Assembly (NCBI RefSeq): GCF_000025505.1 | Contig: NC_013849.1 | Location: 1,170,001-1,202,000, forward strand | Direction: 5' to 3' | Source: Ferroglobus placidus DSM 10642 | GTDB taxonomy: Archaea; Halobacteriota; Archaeoglobi; Archaeoglobales; Archaeoglobaceae | Length of the DNA stretch: 32,000 nt | Shown: positions 18,729 to 28,448 of the stretch, piece by piece | How the letters are laid out: every line of letters starts with the position of its first letter | Numbering within the stretch: position 1 is the first letter of the stretch | Program-made: the position numbers and the translations under genes | The notes under the pieces: model-generated | Database searches by the model: none | Told to the model about the DNA's origin: nothing | The model's input: only the letters and a program-made list of their open reading frames with translations

Positions 18729-19890
18729 TCTCAAATATTTCCTCCTCTTTTAGATAGCAGCTCGGATCGTCCCCCCACAAATCCCCTTTTCTTAACGCTC
18801 TCAGCCTAAAACCACCGCAGTACAGCTTGTAATTGCACCTTCCACACCTCTTACCGCTTATGTACTTGTGCTTTTCCCTGAGCTTTTTTAGCAGTTCGTC
18901 TTTTGGATTCAACCAAATTTCGCTGAACTTCTCCTCCCTAACGTTTCCAACTGCGTAATCCCACCAGAACTGATTGGGATGGACGTTTCCGTACATGTCT
19001 ACGTCAGCAATTCTAAAACCGCTGTTGTCTCCCCCTCTGATCTTCAAAAACTCGAAGGCATCTTCAGCGAGATTTTCGTCCATCTCCTTTAGCTTCAAGT
19101 AAAAGAATACGCCGTCGGCTGGATTGTCTACCGTTAAAATCTCTACTTTTTCTCTCTCATCCCTAAGCTCGATAGCCTTTTCGAAGAGCCAATCCATTAG
19201 CTCTCTTCTCGCGTTGTTGTCTATGTCTATTTTGAAATCCGCCCTGCCCGAAGGAACGAGGTGGTAGAGGCAGAATCTCGGAATTTCGTGTTCAACAGCA
19301 AGATCCAAAAGCTTCGGCACCTCTTCGTAGTTGAGCTTCGTAACGGTAAACCTTATTCCGGTCAATATTCCCTCCTCCTTCGCATTGAGCAATCCAGATA
19401 ACGCCCTCTTAAAAGCTCCCTTCAATCCTCTGAATTCATCGTTAACAGCTTCGCTTCCGTCCAAGCTTACTCCAACGTAGTCAACTCCAGCCTCCTTCAG
19501 CTTTGCAGCGACGTCTTCATCGATAAGCGTTCCGTTTGTTGAGAGGGAGGAATGAATTCCCTTACTTTTCGCATAAGAGATTAGCTCGTAGATGTCTTTC
19601 CTCATTAAAGGCTCTCCACCGCTGAACAAAATAACCGGCACTTTAATAGCGGCTAAGTCATCAATCATCATCTTGGCTTCTTCCGTTGTAAGCTCTTCCC
19701 CGTTCAAGGTTTCTGCAGCGTAGCAGTGAACGCAGTTTAGGTTGCATCTTGCTGTGGAGTTCCACACGACAACCGGAATAGGTTTTTTGCTCGCCTCTAC
19801 GAGAGCCTTCGGTATCCTTTCTTTGCTCTTATAGGTAAGCTTTTCCGATACGGTCGCTTCTCCAGCCACCATCTTGCTAAGCGCTATCAT
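18715..19890 (-). CDS. ahbC: Radical SAM / SPASM protein, AhbC-like (alternative heme biosynthesis)
   Basis: PIPVVVWNSTARCNLNCVHCYAAE, FSGGEPLMRKDIYEL, RGLKGAFKRAL, C-terminal CGRCNYKLYCGGFRLRALRKGDLWGDDPSCY. Confidence 0.72.
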   Translation of the reverse strand: MIALSKMVAGEATVSEKLTYKSKERIPKALVEASKKPIPVVVWNSTARCNLNCVHCYAAETLNGEELTTEEAKMMIDDLAAIKVPVILFSGGEPLMRKDIYELISYAKSKGIHSSLSTNGTLIDEDVAAKLKEAGVDYVGVSLDGSEAVNDEFRGLKGAFKRALSGLLNAKEEGILTGIRFTVTKLNYEEVPKLLDLAVEHEIPRFCLYHLVPSGRADFKIDIDNNARRELMDWLFEKAIELRDEREKVEILTVDNPADGVFFYLKLKEMDENLAEDAFEFLKIRGGDNSGFRIADVDMYGNVHPNQFWWDYAVGNVREEKFSEIWLNPKDELLKKLREKHKYISGKRCGRCNYKLYCGGFRLRALRKGDLWGDDPSCYLKEEEIFETKPP

Positions 19891-20948
19891 CTTACCAGCT
19901 CCGAAAGCAGCATGATTATATCCTTAACAGCTACGTCTCCCCTTTTAAGGTTTCTGTAGCAGAAGGGACAAGCCGAAAGAAGCAGATCGGGGTCGACTCT
20001 CTTAACCTCCCTGATCCTCTCCCCCATAACCATCATGGAGAAATCCTTGTAGCCCGCTCTAACTCCCCCTCCACCTCCGCAACAAAAGCTTTCGTTTTTT
20101 ATCCTCTCAAGCTCTTTAAGCTTAGCCACCTCTTCTATTAAAGCTCTCGGCTCTTCGTAAACTTTCATGTGCCTTCCGAGGTGGCAAGGGTCGTGGTAGG
20201 AGACTGTCAAATCCGTTTTTTTAAAATCTAATTTGTGAACGTTTTCGAACAAAAACTCGGTGATGTGCATAACATCAGCGCCGACGCTCCCGAACATCTT
20301 CTTGTAATCTTTTTTAATCGTCCTGTAACATCCGGGACAGCTCGTCACGATCAGTGATGCTCCGGTTTTTTCAACCGCCTCCCTTATGCTTTCGAAGCCC
20401 TTTCTTGCAATATCTTCCCCAAGCCCAACCCTTAAAGCCGTCGATCCGCAGCAGTGTTTTGCTTCAACAAGGTAATCGACTTTAAGATAGTCGAGAAGCT
20501 TTTTCGTAGCTTCGAAAATCTCTCTTTCCTTGTATAAAGCTGTGCATCCCGGATAGTATAAAGTTTCTACCTCTCTATACTCTTCTATTAACGGCACACC
20601 TCTGTAGGGGTTTCCGTACCCTTTTATTACCTCGTAAAGCTCCATGTGCTTTTTTACAAAGTATCCGGAGGAAATAAACTGCTTTCTAACCCTCTCTATC
20701 TCCTCAGTAAACTTTACTCCAGAACTGCAAATGTTCTCGCAATACCCGCAAGTCAAGCAGGTGAAAACGCTCTTCTTCACCTCCTCATCGAGTTCGAAAA
20801 GCTGAGAAAGAACGATTCTACCCCTCGGGGAGTAATGCTCCCAGTAAGTAACGTTATAAGTTGGACAGACAGTCAAGCAAATTCCGCACTTCGTGCAGTT
20901 CACGAAAAAATCTTTTCTGGGTTCATAATATTCCGCTCGTCCAAGCAT
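19887..20948 (-). CDS. GlcF/LldE-like (Fe-S)-binding oxidoreductase subunit with two CCG domains
   Basis: CTKCGICLTVCPTYN and CLTCGYCENICSSGV ferredoxin motifs; YYPGCTALYK...CCGSTAL and YHDPCHLGRHM...CCGGGGG. Confidence 0.9.
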   Translation of the reverse strand: MLGRAEYYEPRKDFFVNCTKCGICLTVCPTYNVTYWEHYSPRGRIVLSQLFELDEEVKKSVFTCLTCGYCENICSSGVKFTEEIERVRKQFISSGYFVKKHMELYEVIKGYGNPYRGVPLIEEYREVETLYYPGCTALYKEREIFEATKKLLDYLKVDYLVEAKHCCGSTALRVGLGEDIARKGFESIREAVEKTGASLIVTSCPGCYRTIKKDYKKMFGSVGADVMHITEFLFENVHKLDFKKTDLTVSYHDPCHLGRHMKVYEEPRALIEEVAKLKELERIKNESFCCGGGGGVRAGYKDFSMMVMGERIREVKRVDPDLLLSACPFCYRNLKRGDVAVKDIIMLLSELVR

Positions 20949-22129
20949 TCTTTCAGCCTCCTAAAATTAATTTTCTCCTTCAATCCTCTTCCGTGCTCCC
21001 CGTAAACAACTTTAGAGAGCTTACTTTCCAGAATTTTTTCAAAGTTGAGAGCCTGTTCAAGAGACTCGGCTATCACCGCCGGATGAAAGTTGCAGGTGTC
21101 GAGGTGGGAGTAGAGAAAAACCTCCACTCCCGTCTCTCTTTCAACCTCTCTGACGACCTTTTCAAATTCGACAGCCTGAGAGAAAGGAACGACGTAATCG
21201 TCGGCTAAGTAAAACCGCTTTTTTCCCCCTACGCTCAACGATCCGACTGAACTTCTAATCTTCCAGAAGTTTTCCTCGTCTTTTCCCCTCAACTCGTCAA
21301 ATTTCCTCAAAACCTCTTCAAGCTTTTTGTTTTCCGAAAAATCCTCCACCGCTATTACGTGTCCACCATATCCAAGCCTTTCGGCAACTTTTTCATCCGC
21401 ATACTCCACGCATTCTGGAAGAAATTTGATAAGCTTTCTTGCAACTTCAAAAGCCTCTTTAAAGCTCTCAAACTCGGAAATCAGAGTTCTTTTACTTTCC
21501 GGTAGAGGGAGCAGCCTTAAAGCAACTTTCGTTATTATACCAAGAGTTCCTTCGCTTCCGACGAAGATGTTGTTCGGGAAGGGAGGGGATTTGTGAGTGT
21601 AGTAAAAGTTTCTGAAAATTTTTCCATTCGGTAAAGCTACTTCGATTCCAGCAAGGTAATTAGATATAGATCCGTATTTTAAAGCTCTTTTTCCGCTTCC
21701 ACCTACAGCAATAAAACCTCCTATTGTAGCCACCTCAGCGCTTCCCGGCTCGGGTGGAAGAAAGAGTCCTCTTTTCGCAGCTTCTTTTTTTATTTTTCCT
21801 ATTACTGCTCCGCTTTCAGCAACGCAAATCAAGTCCTCCTCTTTAATTTCGATATCGTTCATCTTTTTTGTATCAACGACGATCCCGTTGAAAGGTAAAG
21901 CTCCTCCTTTCGTGCCTGTTCCAGCTCCGCGAGGGTAAATCTTAACTTTGTACTCGTTGGCAACTTTAATAACCTCAGAAACCTCTTCTGCCGTCTCGGG
22001 TCGAACAACAGCCAAAGCGTTGCCGAGAAAGGGTGATGCGTCAACGGAATAGATGGAAAGAGCTGAAGAGCCGTAAAGAACGTCGTTTTCTCCGACAATA
22101 TTGATAAGTTCGTCGATTAACTTATCCAC
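20900..22129 (-). CDS. FAD-linked oxidase, GlcD / D-lactate dehydrogenase-like
   Basis: VVRPETAEEVSEVIKVANEYKVKIYPRGAGTGTKGGA, GSEGTLGIITKVALRLLPLPE, YGEHGRG, C-terminal DERNIMNPEKIF. Confidence 0.92.
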   Translation of the reverse strand: MDKLIDELINIVGENDVLYGSSALSIYSVDASPFLGNALAVVRPETAEEVSEVIKVANEYKVKIYPRGAGTGTKGGALPFNGIVVDTKKMNDIEIKEEDLICVAESGAVIGKIKKEAAKRGLFLPPEPGSAEVATIGGFIAVGGSGKRALKYGSISNYLAGIEVALPNGKIFRNFYYTHKSPPFPNNIFVGSEGTLGIITKVALRLLPLPESKRTLISEFESFKEAFEVARKLIKFLPECVEYADEKVAERLGYGGHVIAVEDFSENKKLEEVLRKFDELRGKDEENFWKIRSSVGSLSVGGKKRFYLADDYVVPFSQAVEFEKVVREVERETGVEVFLYSHLDTCNFHPAVIAESLEQALNFEKILESKLSKVVYGEHGRGLKEKINFRRLKECLDERNIMNPEKIFS

Positions 22130-22208
22130 AAATAGTCATGAAATTAGAAAATTATAAGTTTTTCGCCGATTTTATAATAATTAATTATGTTTTATTTCCC
22201 AAAGTTTT

Positions 22209-23195
22209 TTAGAGAATAATCTCGATTCCAAGCTTTTCTGCAAGCTCCTTGTATCTGTTTCTTATGGTCACCTCTGTAACTCCAGCTACTTCAGCAACCT
22301 CTCTCTGGGTTCTTCTTTCCCCGGTAAGAATTGAAGCTATGTAGATTGCCGCTGCTGCCACACCAGTGGGACCTCTTCCAGAGGTGAGCTCTTTTTCTTC
22401 AGCCTTCTTAATTATCTCTATAGCCTTCTTCTGAACCTCTCCGCTCAAGCCGAGAGCTGCGCAAAATCTCGGCACGTAGTCTGCTGGAGAAGTCGGGAGC
22501 AATTTCAATCCGAGTTCTCTCGCGATGAATCTGTAAGTTCTTCCGATTTCTTTCCTATCAACTCTTGAATAAGTTGCTATCTCGTCCAGAGTTCTCGGAA
22601 CTCCCGCTTGTCTGCAAGCAGCATATAAAGCGGCAGCCACGACCCCTTCAATGCTTCTCCCTCTTATCAAGTTCTTCTCCACAGCCTTTCTATATATTAC
22701 CGCTGCAGTCTCTCTGACAGACTTCGGCAATCCCAAAGCCGAAGCCATTCTGTCAAGCTCGCTTAAAGCGAAAGCCAGGTTTCTTTCTGTAGCGTTGCTT
22801 ATCCTGATTCTTCTCTGCCACTTCCTCAGCCTGAAAAGTTGAGCTCTGTTCCTTACCGATATTGCTTTGCCGTAATAATCTTTGTTGCTCCAGTCGATTA
22901 TCGTCGAAAGTCCTTTGTCGTGAATCGTGTAAGTTATCGGAGCTCCAACTCTGCTCCTCTTCTCCCTCTGCTCGCTGTCGAAGGCTCTCCACTCAGGACC
23001 AGAATCTATGTAGGTGTCCTCAATAACCAAACCGCAATCCTGACAGATGAATTCTCCCCTCTTAAAATCCCTAATGAGCCTCGGGCTTCCACATTCCGGA
23101 CAAACTTCAACGGTTTCTTCCCTTTCTACTTCCTTCTCCCTTTCTACCTCCTTTCTTTCTACCTCCTTTTCCCTTACCTTTTCCACCTCTACCAT
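22209..23195 (-). CDS. tfb: Transcription initiation factor TFB
   Basis: Zinc ribbon [25 protein letters not shown]-finger [21 protein letters not shown], two cyclin-like repeats. Confidence 0.97.
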   Translation of the reverse strand: MVEVEKVREKEVERKEVEREKEVEREETVEVCPECGSPRLIRDFKRGEFICQDCGLVIEDTYIDSGPEWRAFDSEQREKRSRVGAPITYTIHDKGLSTIIDWSNKDYYGKAISVRNRAQLFRLRKWQRRIRISNATERNLAFALSELDRMASALGLPKSVRETAAVIYRKAVEKNLIRGRSIEGVVAAALYAACRQAGVPRTLDEIATYSRVDRKEIGRTYRFIARELGLKLLPTSPADYVPRFCAALGLSGEVQKKAIEIIKKAEEKELTSGRGPTGVAAAAIYIASILTGERRTQREVAEVAGVTEVTIRNRYKELAEKLGIEIIL

Positions 23196-23421
23196 CTTCG
23201 ATCACCACAAAAAGTTCTGATCCAGACAAATCCGGATTTTTATCCTTAGGTCTAACAACAACATAGGGCTGACTAACCGGACCAATAACGTCGTAAACAT
23301 AACCGATTTTTCTTAAACGCTTATCAACAACATCCGCACCAATTTTCGGAACGTATTCAGCCTTGACAATTATATTACCAGTTTTAGATATTTTAGCGAC
23401 TATACCAATCCTTTTCAACAC
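23107..23421 (-). CDS. gar1: H/ACA RNA-protein component Gar1 (RNA-binding protein)
   Basis: [49 protein letters not shown] followed by a Gly/Lys/Arg tail. Confidence 0.87.
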   Translation of the reverse strand: MLKRIGIVAKISKTGNIIVKAEYVPKIGADVVDKRLRKIGYVYDVIGPVSQPYVVVRPKDKNPDLSGSELFVVIEDGRGGKGKGKGGRKKGGRKGEGSRKGRNR

Positions 23422-23746
23422 AACTAACTTAAGTTTCGAAAGTATTTAAATCTTTCGCAACATATTTATTTGAGTTTTTATTTTAGTATTTAAAGGTTTT
23501 TGTGGTGCCAGTAATTCACAATGTAACACACGTTCATTCTAGGATAACACGCCTTTTGACAGTGCACTACACACGGATTCATCCAATTGCTTGTTAATTT
23601 TCCGAATTCCTTAACTTCTTCGTCGTGTTTGCAAATCTCTTAATCGAAATTTAGGCTTTTTTGCACTCTTTTTGGGTGACAGAATGGTTTAGCGATTGAG
23701 ATCAAGGTTTGGAAAAGTATTTGAAAGCTGGGAGATAGTTGTAAGT

Positions 23747-23803
23747 ATGGCAAAAATTATCGAGGCGATATACGAAAATGGTGAGCTCGTTACCTCTTCT
23801 TAA
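23747..23803 (+). pseudogene. Truncated N-terminus of an UPF0165/DUF104-like antitoxin (MAKIIEAIYENGELVTSS*)
   Basis: MxKIIEAIYENG is the recognisable start of this small archaeal antitoxin family; a stop follows after 18 aa. Confidence 0.5.
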
Positions 23804-23873
23804 AAGAATTCGAAAAAACTTGCAAAGAGAATAAATAATCCATTGAGAGTGTCTTGAGTTAGCACTCGAAACA

Positions 23874-24386
23874 CTAAGCATTCTCACCACTCAAATCAAA
23901 CTTAAACGAATGGAACCTCAACACCATGCCTATCAAGTAAAGGGATGATGAGAGGTAAAATAAAATCAGGTGCGTTGTTCCTTCAAACGTTGCAAAGTCG
24001 AGAACGAAGAGAGCTATGCCGGCGTGAATCAACGTGCTGGGAAGGTTCTTTCTGATGTAAGCCGTGAGGAGAGCGATGGATAGAGTGGACGAGAATGCCA
24101 GAGCAAAACGGTAATCGAAGCTTGCAAGCAAAAAAGCAACTCCAGCAATAACCAAGCTGCTTGCTGCAACATTTCTTCTGATTTTTCTCAAAGTGCAAAT
24201 CGGAATGAGAACAATCGCCAAAAAGACTATCGGCGAAGAAATTCTGTTCATCATGTCGACGTAGCTCTGATACTCAATCCTCCTCCACTCTTCGGAGTAA
24301 TTCAGCGAGTAATAGACTATTCCGAAAAAGGCTACAGCCGAGAATATCAAAAATATTGCTATCGTAAGCTTCATAAGATCATCCAT
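23874..24386 (-). CDS. Hypothetical membrane protein
   Basis: 170 aa with multiple TM segments; overlaps the upstream CcsA-like gene by 8 nt. Confidence 0.75.
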   Translation of the reverse strand: MDDLMKLTIAIFLIFSAVAFFGIVYYSLNYSEEWRRIEYQSYVDMMNRISSPIVFLAIVLIPICTLRKIRRNVAASSLVIAGVAFLLASFDYRFALAFSSTLSIALLTAYIRKNLPSTLIHAGIALFVLDFATFEGTTHLILFYLSSSLYLIGMVLRFHSFKFDLSGENA

Positions 24387-25173
24387 AGCCGTGCACCCCC
24401 GGAAGTAGATAGGTCATTAGGTAAGTTGCCACGAGAGATCCAAAGCCTGCCAAGTTTATTTCCCGGTAGAATTTTCCGCCGATCCTCGCGTGGAGGTATG
24501 CGGTGTAAATTACCCATAGCATTATCGACATCGCTATCTTGGGATCCCACCACCAGTTCTCTCCCCAAGCAATTATCGCCCACGGATAACCGAAAATTAA
24601 GCCGAGGGTTAAGAAGAGGTAGCCGTTTTTAGCGAAATCGTACTCGTTCTTCTTAGCTAAGGAAAGAGCGAAGGAGTGCAGAAGGTAAGCGTAGGCTAAG
24701 AAGAGCAGGGGCGGATGAATCCACATGTAAGGGGAGTTGTAAAAGTAAGCGGCTCTTGCAGCGTAGTAATCAATGTAAGCAGGATTGAAAAGTTCAAGCT
24801 CTCTCCTCAGGTTTGGCAGAGGATTAGAAGGGTTCTGGACGAATATAACGAAGAGAAGCATAATAAGTAAAGCTATTTTCGAAAATTCCTTTCCTTCCCT
24901 AACTTTCAGAAGAAGTACTGCGGAGAGAAAAAACCAGAAGAAGAGCTTTTCGTTTTCTATCCAGAACGGAGGGTAAAACCTGATCACGTAATTTCCGAAG
25001 GCTACGAAGGTTTCCCGCCAGTAGAGGACCTGAACGAAAACGAGATACAAGAAGGAGAAAACCACAGTTCCAACAAAAAACTTCTCGTACTTTTCACGAA
25101 AAATCGAAAGGATCAAGAGGAGAAGGGAGAGAAAGAGAAAAGCGTTCAGCAGTGAAAAAAGCTCGTACGTCAT
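24379..25173 (-). CDS. CcsA/CcmC-like heme-handling cytochrome c assembly protein
   Basis: WGENWWWDPKIAMSIMLWVIYTAYLHAR (WWxWD-type heme motif), polytopic. Confidence 0.82.
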   Translation of the reverse strand: MTYELFSLLNAFLFLSLLLLILSIFREKYEKFFVGTVVFSFLYLVFVQVLYWRETFVAFGNYVIRFYPPFWIENEKLFFWFFLSAVLLLKVREGKEFSKIALLIMLLFVIFVQNPSNPLPNLRRELELFNPAYIDYYAARAAYFYNSPYMWIHPPLLFLAYAYLLHSFALSLAKKNEYDFAKNGYLFLTLGLIFGYPWAIIAWGENWWWDPKIAMSIMLWVIYTAYLHARIGGKFYREINLAGFGSLVATYLMTYLLPGVHGYG

Positions 25174-25973
25174 GATTCACCCATCAGCAGCTTTTCGTAC
25201 AGCTCCTGAGTAATTATTTCGTGAGCTTCCAATCCCGCTTCATCAACATCCATTCCCATCGCTATAGCCAAAAGCTGCGCGTAGTGAATTGCTGGAATTC
25301 CAAAGAATTTTCCTTCTTTTTCGAGTTCTTTTTGCCCAGTGTCGAACTGAAAGAGGCAGAGGGGACATATGACAACTATCGCATCGACCTCAGCTTCTTT
25401 AACTCCTTCAAGCTTCATCTCCAGAAGCTCTCTCGCAACTTCCGTTGCGGCAGCTCTAACTCCCCCTCCTCCACCGCAGCACATGTATTTCGTTCTGTAA
25501 TCTACGCTTTCAGCACCTACAGCTTTGATCAGCTCGTCGAGAATCTTCGGTCTTTCTGCAGAATCAATTCCCTTCTTTTCAGCCGGTCTGAAGAAGTGAC
25601 AGCCGTAGTGGGCTGCCAGCCTTAAGTTAAGCTTCTTAGAAATTTTCTTCCTTATTTCTTCAACTCCCACGTCTCTGTAAAGAAATTCGGCGAAATGTCT
25701 AACATCCTTCCCGATCTCGTTTCCAACTTCGAGAAGAGTCGTGAAGCATCCGTTGCAAGCGGTCATTATCGTTTCGTCGCTTAAGTTCAAGTTTCTCTCC
25801 GCCACTTCCCTCCACATTTCTTCGCTCACGGATTTCGTAATCGCCGGAGCTGGGCAGCAAGAAGACCCTTCGAGAGGAGATATTTCAATGCCGAGAACGC
25901 TGAAAACGTAGTATACGCTTTTCTCGATCCCCGGATACCTGTTGTGGATCATGCAGCCGGGGAAGAACTTCAT
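25170..25973 (-). CDS. HdrB-like CCG-domain protein
   Basis: CMIHNRYPGIEKSVYYVFSVLGIEISPLEGSSCCPAP and HYGCHFFRPAEKK...CCGGGGGVR CCG domains. Confidence 0.85.
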   Translation of the reverse strand: MKFFPGCMIHNRYPGIEKSVYYVFSVLGIEISPLEGSSCCPAPAITKSVSEEMWREVAERNLNLSDETIMTACNGCFTTLLEVGNEIGKDVRHFAEFLYRDVGVEEIRKKISKKLNLRLAAHYGCHFFRPAEKKGIDSAERPKILDELIKAVGAESVDYRTKYMCCGGGGGVRAAATEVARELLEMKLEGVKEAEVDAIVVICPLCLFQFDTGQKELEKEGKFFGIPAIHYAQLLAIAMGMDVDEAGLEAHEIITQELYEKLLMGES

Positions 25974-26461
25974 CTCACAACACTCCCCAAGTGCTTTTCA
26001 ACAATTCTCCTAACTTCTTCTCTCGCTTTCTCATCGAACTGGGCATGGTATATCGGCAATCCGAGCTTTCTTCTCAGCTCCACATGTTCTTCTCTTGCCG
26101 GAACCAAAGCAGCTTTGTTCATCAAAAACGTGAAAGCGTTACTCAACCTTCCGGGCAAACCTTTATTTTTCACGAGAGTTCTCCTCGCTTCTATTAATGT
26201 GTCGGTAATTTCTATTCCCCGAGGACACCTTTCCTGACAAGCGTAGCACGTTACGCAGAACCAGATCTCGTCTCTCTCCTCAACCTTTTTTCCCGAAGAG
26301 ATAAAATCTGCTATTATCCTTCTCGTGTTTAAAGCGGTTATTCTTCCAGACGGACAGCTTGCTATGCAGGTTCCGCACTGAATGCACGAATTCAAGTTCA
26401 TCCTTCCTAATTTCCTCAGCCCACTATTAAACTGTATCGAGAAAGTGTTAAATAAACTCAA
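25970..26461 (-). CDS. HdrC-like 4Fe-4S ferredoxin-type protein
   Basis: CIQCGTCIASCPSGR and CVTCYACQERCPRGI. Track start is TTG; ATG at about 26401 with a GGAAGG SD-like sequence is more likely. Confidence 0.87.
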   Translation of the reverse strand: MSLFNTFSIQFNSGLRKLGRMNLNSCIQCGTCIASCPSGRITALNTRRIIADFISSGKKVEERDEIWFCVTCYACQERCPRGIEITDTLIEARRTLVKNKGLPGRLSNAFTFLMNKAALVPAREEHVELRRKLGLPIYHAQFDEKAREEVRRIVEKHLGSVVR

Positions 26462-26481
26462 ACATCAACGTTATAATTCGG

Positions 26482-27456
26482 ATGAAGTGCGCGGTTTGCG
26501 GAAGAGATAGCAAGTATTCAATATGCGGAAGGTGTTTGGCGAGGAGGGAGAAGATAATAAGCTATCCGGAGGTAGTTGAGATTATCCTATGCCCGAGGTG
26601 CGGTAGGTACAAGTTCTCCGGAAGCTGGAATGAGATCAGTTTTGAGGAAGCACTGGATAAAGCTATAGAAAGTTCGTTTTTCGTACACCCGGAATTGAAC
26701 GTTAAAGATTTCGAGTTAAGCGGTGACGGTCACTTTTACAGATTCAAGATTAAAGGAGTTCTCAGAGAAGATTACGTTGAGGAGGAAGGGTTCTTTAAGG
26801 TTAGAGTTAAAAGGGAAGGCTGCCAGAAGTGCAGCAGAGAGGCTGGAGGTTATTACGAAGCCATAATTCAGCTCAGAGCGAAAAACAGAAAGATTCTCGA
26901 CGAGGAAGTCGACAGGGTTGTGAAGATCGTTGAAGAGGAAATAAATGCATCGGGCAGCGAGAAAAGCTTTCTGACGAAGATAGTGGAGAGGAGGGAAGGA
27001 GTGGACTTCTACATAGGAGATTCGAAACTCGCCAAAAAGATTGCGAAAAGGGTCGTCAGAGAGTTCGGAGCCGAGTTTAAGGAGAGCGCTAAAATCGCTG
27101 GAAGAAAAGACGGCGTCGACTTTTACAGAATGACCTACCTCGTGAGACTGCCCGAACACTTCCCGGGAGACGTCGTCATTGCTAAGGGAAGAATAGCAGT
27201 CGCTAAGATTAACAAAGCCTACGATCTGATGACAGGCAACACCGTTCCCCTCGAAGGTGCTAAAGTCGTTGTTAGAAAGGAAGATCTGAAAAGTGGCTAC
27301 GTTATCAACAAGGACGATTCCGCTTTGGAGATATTCTCTGAGGACAGAGTTTACGTTGCCGAGAAGCCGGAATACGAAGTGAATGTCGGTGAAGAAGTTT
27401 TTCTTGCCGTAATCGATGAAAAAGCATACGCTATCCCGAAGTGGATGGTAGAATGA
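26482..27456 (+). CDS. NMD3-family 60S/50S export/ribosome-associated zinc protein
   Basis: CAVCGRDSKYSICGRCLARR...CPRCGRYKFSGSW, later CQKCSREAGGYYEAIIQLRA, the NMD3 signature. Confidence 0.87.
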   Translation: MKCAVCGRDSKYSICGRCLARREKIISYPEVVEIILCPRCGRYKFSGSWNEISFEEALDKAIESSFFVHPELNVKDFELSGDGHFYRFKIKGVLREDYVEEEGFFKVRVKREGCQKCSREAGGYYEAIIQLRAKNRKILDEEVDRVVKIVEEEINASGSEKSFLTKIVERREGVDFYIGDSKLAKKIAKRVVREFGAEFKESAKIAGRKDGVDFYRMTYLVRLPEHFPGDVVIAKGRIAVAKINKAYDLMTGNTVPLEGAKVVVRKEDLKSGYVINKDDSALEIFSEDRVYVAEKPEYEVNVGEEVFLAVIDEKAYAIPKWMVE

Positions 27457-28448
27457 AGGTGGTAAAGGTTCCGAAGGTTAAAGCCGAAGAGGTTAGAAAG
27501 TTCGCCGAAAAAATAGGTGCGAAGGATAAGCGAAGGCTCATAACCTTCGACGGCAGCTTCGTTTACATACCCATTTACGACGGTTTCGAAGAACATTTTT
27601 CCGGGTTTGAAGTAATCGAAGACGAAAATCCGGTTTTCGCCAAGAAATACGACGTAAAGAAGTTAGCCAGAGAAAAATTCTCGGAAGAAATTTCGAAAGG
27701 CATAGTTTCCTTTAAAATTCTCGGAGACCTGGCAATAGTAAAGCTGGAGGGGAAAGCAAGAGAATTCGGAGAAAAAATCGGCGAACTAATTCTCGAAACT
27801 TTTCCGAGGCTGAAAGCTGTTTGGTGCGACGAGGGAAAAGAGGGGATGGAACGTAAGCCCAAAATGAGGCTCTTAGCCGGAAAGGGTAGCGTCACGGTAC
27901 ACAAAGAGCACGATTGTCTCTTCAAAGTCGACGTGACAAAAGTTATGTACAGCCTCGGGAACCAATACGAAAAGCTGAGGGTTGCAAATCTCGTAAAAGA
28001 GGGAGAAATCGTTCTCGACATGTTTGCCGGGATCGGCTACTTCACGATTCCAATAGCAAATCATTCGAGGGCTGAAAAAATCTACGCCTTCGAAATAAAC
28101 TTCGACGCCTACAAGCTTCTCCTCGAAAATCTGAGACTGAACAAGATTAGGAACGTTGTCGCCGCAAACATAGACTCCCGCTTCACTCCAGAGAGCTTCG
28201 CAGACAGAGTAGTCATGGGGCACATATTTGCCGAAGATTTTATTGAAGTGGCTGTAAAAGCTTTGAATCGCGAGGGATACATTCACTACCACGAAAGCGT
28301 TCCGGAAAAAATAATAGAGAGACCGATAAAGAGAATCGAGGCTGTTTGCAAAAAATTCAACAAAGAGGTTAGAATTTTGGGAATGAGGAAGGTCAAGAAT
28401 TACTCGCCCGGAGTCGTCCACGTCGTGGTCGATGCTTATGTGCGCTGA
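27441..28448 (+). CDS. Class I SAM tRNA wyosine-pathway enzyme, Taw2/Trm5-like
   Basis: NPVFAKKYDVKKL, KVDVTKVMYSLGNQYEK, VLDMFAGIGYFTIPIANHSRAEKIYAFEIN, YIHYHESVPEK. Confidence 0.87.
   Translation: MDGRMKVVKVPKVKAEEVRKFAEKIGAKDKRRLITFDGSFVYIPIYDGFEEHFSGFEVIEDENPVFAKKYDVKKLAREKFSEEISKGIVSFKILGDLAIVKLEGKAREFGEKIGELILETFPRLKAVWCDEGKEGMERKPKMRLLAGKGSVTVHKEHDCLFKVDVTKVMYSLGNQYEKLRVANLVKEGEIVLDMFAGIGYFTIPIANHSRAEKIYAFEINFDAYKLLLENLRLNKIRNVVAANIDSRFTPESFADRVVMGHIFAEDFIEVAVKALNREGYIHYHESVPEKIIERPIKRIEAVCKKFNKEVRILGMRKVKNYSPGVVHVVVDAYVR

Noticed and set aside
27575-28421. 148-aa and 182-aa minus-strand ORFs
   Set aside because: Antisense to the Taw2/Trm5-like methyltransferase-fold gene.
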